DNA of 64,000 nt from a virus. Its lineage: Duplodnaviria; Caudoviricetes. The stretch's first letter is position 1. The number at the start of each line of letters is the position of its first letter. The notes under the pieces are model-generated. The model saw nothing but the letters and a program-made list of their open reading frames with translations, was not told where the DNA came from and did not search any database. This document shows, in pieces, positions 10,585-18,700 of the stretch. Location of the stretch: the IMG/VR virus record IMGVR_UViG_3300036790_000048, positions 75,588-139,587 of that record; one strand, written 5' to 3'. A program made the translations under genes and the position numbers.

Positions 10585-10809
10585 TCAGATTCCCCCGCGC
10601 TCGATCGTCACCAGACTGCTCAGCTGCGGGTTCGACTGGTCGAGCCACAGCGGCTCCTCGATGTGCAGGCGACAGCGGGTGCACACAAGGTGGTAGCGCC
10701 TCATCCAGGCCTGCTTCCACGGCCTATCGTAGATGAGTTTGACGCAATGCCCAGTGGGCTGGCACGCCCCATGGCGGCCAGCCCACTCGGATAGCTCCTG
10801 CCCTTCCAC
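10585..10809 (-). CDS. small Cys/His (zinc-binding) protein
   Basis: H..C..GHC and CTRC motifs; GAGGAG RBS. Confidence 0.5.
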   Translation of the reverse strand: MEGQELSEWAGRHGACQPTGHCVKLIYDRPWKQAWMRRYHLVCTRCRLHIEEPLWLDQSNPQLSSLVTIERGGI

Positions 10810-10840
10810 CGCTTGGACTCCTCAGGTCTCTACGGGCGGA

Positions 10841-11854
10841 TTACGACGACTCGCTGCCTATCACCATGTTGAAGCTGTTACCTACCGGTACGGTCGGTGC
10901 CAGCGTCACCTGGCCGCCGCCGTTGACCGTCTGCGCCTCCACCAGGTCCCAGCCGCTCTCCAACGCGCTGTGGTTGGCGTCGTCGTAGTTGGTGAACGTG
11001 GCGTCGCTGAAGTCCGCCAGCGGGTTGTCCGCGGGCGCTGTGAGCGTCGGTGCCGCAGTGCTATTGACGCCGATCCCGGCCTCATAGAACTGCTCCTGGC
11101 CGTTGCCCACGCCAGTGGTCACGTACTGGATGAACGTCCTCTGCCCGAGGCTCGCGCCAGCCGCGTTGTAGACGTTCAGGGTGTACTGCAGCGCCCGGTG
11201 GTGCGACTTGCTCAGCGCGTCGTAGTAGACGTCCACCACCACGCTGTCACCGACTGCCAGCGGCATCGAGTCCCTGGCCGCGTCCGTACTCGACGGAGCC
11301 GTCGCGTACACGCCAGTGGTGCCCAGCTCCTGAGGCGTGGTGCCGTTCGCCAGCCCGTCAGCCCCGGCTAGCTGGATGGCCCCGTTGGTCGGGCCGGTGG
11401 CGAGAACGCCATCCTGCACGCATGGGTCAGCCGCGCCGACCGTGCTGGTGAGCGTCCCGAAGTTGCCCAGCACCTCGAACGTGGGAGTGCTGTCCGCGCC
11501 GACTCCAGGCAGGTAGACGAGGCCGATCTGCGCAGCCACGCTGGTCTCAGGGTTGCACAGCTCAGTGCCGACCGCGCTTACCTCGCCAGCCGCGCCGCCG
11601 CCCATGTTCTCCATTGCCTGCGTGATGGTGAACTTGGCGTGCGCGTCCCTGATGTGCCAGTTGTTGGCCTCATTGACGTAGTAGCCAGCCTCGCCGCTGG
11701 TGTTGGAAGTCGTACCGCTGGGCGCGTTCGCCGCGCTCGCCAGACCGGTCGCGCCGACCACGAGGCCAGCCGCGACTACGAGAATCGCCGTCGCCTTCAC
11801 ACGCCGCGGAAGGCCCTTGGCCCTCTGGTAGACGTGCCTTGGTGAGTACCTCAT
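10841..11854 (-). CDS. secreted protein, divergent G1 (eqolisin) glutamic-peptidase fold
   Basis: Signal peptide; SGEAGY, AAQIGL, VGDSV, PLADFSDATFTN and GNSFNMV motifs in G1 order. Confidence 0.55.
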   Translation of the reverse strand: MRYSPRHVYQRAKGLPRRVKATAILVVAAGLVVGATGLASAANAPSGTTSNTSGEAGYYVNEANNWHIRDAHAKFTITQAMENMGGGAAGEVSAVGTELCNPETSVAAQIGLVYLPGVGADSTPTFEVLGNFGTLTSTVGAADPCVQDGVLATGPTNGAIQLAGADGLANGTTPQELGTTGVYATAPSSTDAARDSMPLAVGDSVVVDVYYDALSKSHHRALQYTLNVYNAAGASLGQRTFIQYVTTGVGNGQEQFYEAGIGVNSTAAPTLTAPADNPLADFSDATFTNYDDANHSALESGWDLVEAQTVNGGGQVTLAPTVPVGNSFNMVIGSESS

Positions 11855-11902
11855 GCGCGTGCCCTTCCCTAGTCGATATACGCCAGTCTATCGGCGTTTG
11901 CG

Positions 11903-12784
11903 CTACAAGTACGGCGGCTGGAAGTAAACATCGACTGAACCCGAGTCGCCCCCGTTGCCCGTGGCCACCGAGATCACGTTGATGCCCGGCAGCAGGATCA
12001 TCCACGGCCGGGCTCCAGCGTGCGTGACGTTCCCCAGCTGACTGGTGCCGTTCTGGTCGTAAGCCGTGTAGCTCAGGATGTCCAGCACCAGCGACTTGCC
12101 CGCGGCGATCGTGTAGCCCACCGTGCAGCTCACCCCAGCCGTCTGGTTGGTGATGACGATGGGAGCCGTCAGCGGCCCGAACAGGTTCATGAAGAACGGG
12201 ACGCCGCCCTGGCCAGCAGCCTGCCCGAATCCGTTGGCAGCATCGCCAGGGTTGGTGATGGTGCCGCTTCCGTTGGCAGCCACGCCGTTGATCTGCTGGT
12301 TGCCGTAGAAGTACGGGTCAGGCAGCAGCAAGTCCACGCTCAGGTTGGCCATGGTCCGGCCGCTCATAGTCGGCTCCAGCGTGCCAGCGACCTCGGCCAG
12401 CGCGTTGGCCACCACCAGGCTGGTGCTGCCGCTCTGCGTCACCCACCAGCGGCGAGTGAGGAAGCCGAGCGCGCTCCCCTGCACTCCCTGCACCCAGAAC
12501 ATCGACCGCAGCTGCTGGAAGTTGTTATTGAACGCGAGCCGCTGGTCAGCCGCCGGCCCGCCGCTCGTCTGGTCGATGCCAGCCGCCCACATGCTCAGCG
12601 TGATCACCCGCTGGTCAGGCTGCTTGGCCCTCCATATCTGGCCAGCCCGGTAAGCCACAGGGTAGTTCTGACCGCGCAGCAGCGGCAGGTCCTGGCGGCT
12701 GCCGCCGAAGCTCGCGATATTCCACCAGGGCTGATTCAGGCTAACGCCATTCCAGCTCCAGTACTCGTCGGTTGTGTTGGTCAT
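11903..12784 (-). CDS. distal tail protein (Dit)
   Basis: Follows the tape measure with ATGA overlap; LLLPDPYFYG and LLPGINVISV motifs. Confidence 0.85.
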   Translation of the reverse strand: MTNTTDEYWSWNGVSLNQPWWNIASFGGSRQDLPLLRGQNYPVAYRAGQIWRAKQPDQRVITLSMWAAGIDQTSGGPAADQRLAFNNNFQQLRSMFWVQGVQGSALGFLTRRWWVTQSGSTSLVVANALAEVAGTLEPTMSGRTMANLSVDLLLPDPYFYGNQQINGVAANGSGTITNPGDAANGFGQAAGQGGVPFFMNLFGPLTAPIVITNQTAGVSCTVGYTIAAGKSLVLDILSYTAYDQNGTSQLGNVTHAGARPWMILLPGINVISVATGNGGDSGSVDVYFQPPYL

Positions 12785-15700
12785 CCGAGCTGCCTCCCCG
12801 CCAGGAACGTGGCCCTCTGCGTCGCGTGCGTCAGCGACGTGCTGGCCGCCTCAGGCCGCGGGTTCGTGATGTTGATGTCCCCGAACGTCACATTGGTGCC
12901 CTGGCCGCTTGCAGTCGCCTGCGCCGCAGCGCTCCTGGTGTGAGCGGGCTCGCGCGTTGCGCGGTTGACAGCGCCCACAGTCGGCTGCACCCCTCCAGTG
13001 ATCCGCGTAGGCGATGCAGGCAGCATGTTCAGCGAGCCGAGCAGGTCGCCCAGCGCTACGCCGCCAGACGCGTATCCCTCGATGGGCGCGTTCTTCATGC
13101 CCGGCAGCGGGTTCAGCACGATGGGATTCGTGTTGGCCGTGATCAGGCCGGACATGGCCCCGACGCCAGATCCACTGCCCGGTCCCGGTGTCTGGTTGGT
13201 CTGCGGGTTAAGGATGGCCCCAGGCCCGTATAGCTGCTGCCACGTCTTGTACTGCGCCTGGACGTCGCCCAGCTCATTGCCCAGGATGCCGGTCAGGTTG
13301 TCGTAGGTCTCGGGGTGATAGTGCCGCAGTCCCTGGTAGACCTTGGTTCCCGGTCCCAGCTTCAGCGTCTTGTACTGGCCCAGGTAGCTCATCAGCTGGT
13401 TCCACTCGCTCTGCGTCATGTTCGACGCGTCCGCAGTGTGGCCCATCAGGTTGTGCCAGAGCTGGGTCTCCTCCATCTGGTACGACTTGAGGTCAGCGAA
13501 CAGGGGAGCCGTCGTCTTGTTCTTGACTGCGCCCGTGTTGGTGGCCAGCAGCGCCGCGTACGCACTCGCCTCGGCGTTCTGCCAGAAGTCCGAGTTGGTC
13601 TGCTGCGTCAGCCAGGTCCCGACGTACGGCGGCGCGCCAGGGTTGGGAGTCGTGTTGATGCCGCTGCTGCTGGTAGTGGCAGCCGGAGCGTTGGCCAGCA
13701 GCCACTTCTCCTCAGCCGCGTTCGCGTAGTACTGCTGGCCCGAAGTCGCAACCGTGTGCACCTGGTGCATGTCATTGACGCCAGCCACCCACCAGGGCAG
13801 CTGCTGCGGCTTGGCAGCCAGCAGCGACTGCGCCTGAGCCACAGTGATGGGGTCGTACCCGTCAGATGCCTTGGCAGCCACATTGAGCCAGGACAGCTCA
13901 GCCGCGTTCGCGTAGTACTGCTGCTTGGAGGACAGCGTGTGCACCTGGTGCATGTCATTAGGACCGGCCACCCACCAGGGAAGCTGCTGGACAGGCGCGT
14001 CCAGCAGCTTCTGAGCCTGCGCCAGGGTGATGGCGGTGTAGCCAGCCGAAGCGCCAGCCGCCGGTAGCGCCGCGTAGACCTCAGCAGCGATCGACGGCCT
14101 CGTGTCGCTGTACCGCACTGCCGGGCGCTCGTAGTCCAGCGAGAAGATGTCCGCCGCGGCATTAACGCTCGTCTGCGCGTTGATCCGGCCGAACCCGCCG
14201 TTGGCGTTGATGTAGCCGACTACGCCAGCCTCCTGCACCTGCAGATCGTGCGCCACGTTGCCAGTCGGCTTCTTGTACCCAGCCGGCAGCCCGATCGTGT
14301 TGCCAGTCCAGCCAATCAGCCCGAAGCCGCCATCGCCCACCGACTCAGGGTTGCCACCGCTCTCGCCGTAGATGTCACCGGCAATGCCAGCCGCCGATGT
14401 CCTGGTGGCCCCGTGCTGCATCAGGTACTCAGCCACCGTGATCAGGTTGGCCACTCCGCCGGACGCGAACCTCGACGACATGGTGCGAGTGGGAGGAACC
14501 CCGCCAGCAGCCATCAGCGAGGTCGGAGTCCCGCCAGACGCCATGGAGCCGCCCAGCATGGGCACTGACATGCCGCCAGCCGCGAACGGGATAGTCACCA
14601 TGCCCCGGCCAGGCGTGGACCCCGCGAACGCTCCGCCAGCCACGTTGGAGCCGAGCTGGCCGCCAGTGGGGACGCTGCCGCCAGACTCCCAGCCGTTGCC
14701 CCATGCGCCGCCAGCCGCCAGGCCAGCGATCTGCGATGCCAGCGCGATGCCCTCGGAGTGCACGTCGCTGATGCCAGCGCGCTCAACGCCGTGATCCCAC
14801 AGAGCCGCAGCCGCAGCAACCGAGCTGGCGCTCATCATCTGCCGGATGACGCCCTCATCGCCGTTGTTCTGCACGAACCGGATGATGGCGGGCAGCTGCG
14901 TGGCCATGCCGCCGCTGTAGTCAGCGTTGGAGATCGAGGACGGCGGCGTCCACTCGATGATGCCTCGGCCAGCGCTATCGTGGACGAACGGGTTCCACAG
15001 CGACTCGCCCCAGATGGACGCAGTGGCACCGGCCGCGGCGATCTTGTGCCCGCCGAACAGGTTGGTCAGCAGATAGTTGTAAAGCTCGCGCCCGTTAGCC
15101 ATCTCGCCGCCGGTGGCCCCGCCAGCCGGAGCGCTGCCGCCAGCGCCAGAGGCAGCAGCCGCGGCCTGAGCCTTCTGGTCCTGGCCCATCATGAAGTTGT
15201 CGATGCCCTGCTTGATCTGCGCCGCAGCGCCGCGCAGGAGCGCACCCGGTGCAGTGTCATCCGGCAGGACATTAACCATGGGCTGGACAGTCGCATCCCA
15301 GACCCCGTTGAACACGTCAGTCGCGCCCTCGCGCGCCAGCTTCAGCAGCGCCCCAGCGCCGCCCTTGACGTCTCCCACCAGGTCCTTGAGTCCGCCTGCC
15401 AGCGCAGTACCGCCGTCAACGGTCAAGTTCTCGATGTCCGAGAAGATCGCGCCCAGCGCGCCGAGAATCTCGCTGACGATGCTCTTGCCGCCGATGCCGC
15501 CGAGGCGGATGCCCACGACAAACTTGTCCTGGTCGATCGGTGTGTCAGTGACGCCCTCAGCCGTATCGTAGGCAGACACCAGCGTGGTGGCCGATGCCGC
15601 CATGCCGACGTGGCCGATGCCCTCACCGAAGTTCGACGGAGCCGGGTCAGCGCCGACGAAGAACAGCAGGTCGCCAGTCTCGACCTGGCTGCGCGCGTTG

Positions 15701-18700
15701 TAGTGGTACGGCTGCAGCCCAGCGTCGCTGGCAAACCAGTTGGCCTCCAGGTTGGCCAGCGCGTCACCGCGCGGCAGCGGGACGCCAGCCGCGTGCGCAG
15801 CCTCGTACATCAGGCCAGAGCAGTCGTAGTACTTGGGTCCGAACCGCTGCGGGTTCTCAGCCAGGTACGGATGTCCGACCTTGGAGTTGAAGTAGTCGAG
15901 CATCTTCTGCTCGATCGCTCCGCCGTCCGCCACGTGCATGCCGACGTTGCCCTCAGGCACGCCAGGCATGGGGTTGGCGCTCGGGCACGTCTGCCCCGGC
16001 GGGCAGTCAGTGGCTCCGCCAGACGCGAAGCCAGGGATCTTCTGCGATGCCAGTGTGCCGCGGCTGCCAGACCCGGACAGCGTGTCGTAATGATTCAGCT
16101 GGTTGAGGAAGCCCGGCCCCATCTGCCGCTCGATGGCCATCCGAGCCGGCTGCCGGAGGACGTACTCGCCGCCCATGAGCGCAGCCACGTGGTTGTCATG
16201 ACTGGGAGCGCCAGGCACGCTGCCGCTGAACGTAGACCCGCCAGCCGCGAACGGCTTGGGGATAGTGGGGATCTTCAGCCCGCCGGGCAGGTGCTTCAGG
16301 ATGTCATTGTTGATGAAGTTGATTGGCGTATTAATAATGCCGACCGCAGTATCGATGGCCGACTTGAACGCGCCGCTGAACGTGTTCTTGATGCCATTGC
16401 CCATGGTGGTCAGCCACCCAGGCACAGTGGTAACGAAGAAGTGCTCCAGGTTGCTAATGACGTCACGGTTGAAGTCAGTCCATACCGTGCTCCACGTGCT
16501 GGCGAACCCGCTGGTGGTGTCCTTGAACCACCCAGGGATAAGCGTGATGAAGAAGTGCTCGATATTCGCCAGCACAGTCCGGTTGAACGCATTCCACGCG
16601 TCAGACCACAGGGCAGCGAACCCGTTAGCTGCGTCCCCCAGCCACTGGGGCACAAGGGTGATGAAGAAGTGCTCGATATTCGCCAGCACAGTCCGGTTGA
16701 ACGCATTCCACGCGTCAGACCACAGGGCAGCGAACCCGTTAGCTGCGTCCCCCAGCCACTGGGGCACAAGGGTGATAAAGAAGTGCTCTACGTTCGCGCT
16801 GACAACACGGTTGAACCCGTTCCACACCGTGGACCACGTGGTGGAGAACCCGTTGCCTATATCGCTCAGCCAGCTGGGCACCAGCGCGATGAAGAAGTGC
16901 TCGATATTGCCGCTGATAACCCGGTTGAATGTAGTCCACACCGTGGACCACGTTGTGGAGAACGCGTTGCTGATCTGCCCCAGCCACTGCGGTATCAGCG
17001 TGACGAAGAAGTGCTCGATATTGCCGCTGACGTCCCGGTTGAACCCAGTCCACGCAGTGGACCACAGGGTGGCGAACTGGTTCCCAACCGTCCTCAGCCA
17101 TCCAGCGAACGTGCCCGTGAAGAACTTCTCGACCGGCTGCACGAACCCAGAGTCGAACCATTGCCACAGGGGGTCGAACAGCTTCTTGAACAGCATCTGG
17201 CCCGTGGTGTAGATGACGTTCCACACCTGGTCCGCGCCAGTCTTCAGCGCGTCCCACGCGGCTCCCCAGTGGCCCTCCAGCGCGTCGATCGCCGCCTTGG
17301 CGATGGCGATCAGCTCATCGAAAATGATCTTGAAAATGCCCAGGATCACAGGCTCTGCGATCTTGAACGCGTTAACGAAGAACGTGCCGATCGGCGTCCA
17401 GGCCGTCTTGAACCACGTGACGACGTTGGCCGCGCCAGTCTTGATGTCATCCCAGGTGCTGGGCTTGCCCAGGTTGGTCACCTGCACCGCGGTGTCTGAC
17501 AGCTGCCTGCGAACCTGCTCCAGGTTGACCTGGTTCAGGTCATTGCCACCCTGCTGCGCGTCGTGCAGCCCCTGCTTCATGCCAGCCAGTGGCTTGGTGC
17601 CGTTGTCTACCTCCCCCCACAGCTTCTCGGCCGCGCTCTTGGACAGGCCCATAGACTCAGCCCAGCCGATGAACTGGGATGCAGCCGCGCCGCTGTTCTT
17701 GTCAATCGCCAGGAACATGGTGGCGACTGCCTTGCCAGCGTTGATCGTGGCTTCCGAGTTAGGCCCAGTCTTGACCAGCGCCGTGGCGAACGCAGACAGC
17801 GCCCTCTGGCCGCCGTACGCGTTGAACGCAGCCGTGACCATGGCCGGGTTCAGCTGCGACTGCAGCGAGCTGCTCAGGCGCTGGGCCTCTAGGCTCAGGT
17901 TGGACGCTGCCTGCGTCTCCTTGTCCGTGGCGTCCTTGGCAGCGGTCAGCGGGTCCTTAATGTTGCCGACCCACTTCTGCAGTTCCTTGATGTTGGTGGT
18001 GGCCGGCCCGCCGGCCTCCTGTGCCAGCGCCGAGATCTCAGCCGCGGCCGTCTTGCTGCCGCCAGCCATTGGTATCAGAGACGCCACCAGGTCCTTGACA
18101 AACTTGGTGAAGTTGCCCGTGCCAGTCAGCGCCTGCTGGCTGCGGAACGCGTCGAACAGCTGCTCGACGTTGGTCAGGTTGGTCTGGAAGTCCGATTGCA
18201 GCTGGAGGCTCGGCGCGTTCAGGCCGGTCATCGACGCGCCAGCCGTCTTGGCATCCGTGGCAAATGTGGCGAACCCCTGCGCCATGGTGATAAGCGCAGT
18301 CTCGCTGCCCGTCACCGTCTTGATCCACGTGTCCCAGGCGGTGTTGAGGTTCCCCATCTCCTTGACCTGGGTGGACTCGCTCACCGTGAGGACGTTCAGG
18401 TCCCCGCCGACAGTGCCAAGCTGCTGGCCCATCGCCTGGTAGCCCTTGATCAGGCCAGTAACCTGCTGGAACGCATCCGCCCAGACCTTATTGGACGTGC
18501 TGAACAGCTGGTTGGTCTTGACCCCGGCCGCGTTCAGCAGCGCCAGCGCGCCGACATACCCGACGCCGTACGCCTTGGACACCTGGCCGACGTGATCCAG
18601 CTCGGCGCTCAGCTGACCGGTGAGCTGCTGCTGGAAGCCAGTCAGCTCCTGCGTGTTGCCGCCGAGTCCTGCCTGCGCCCTCCCTAGCTCAGTGGTGGTG

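Noticed and set aside
16430-17135. CRISPR array or DGR template/variable repeats
   Set aside because: These are in-frame coding repeats without spacers or adenine-specific variation; no cas or reverse transcriptase gene in the window.
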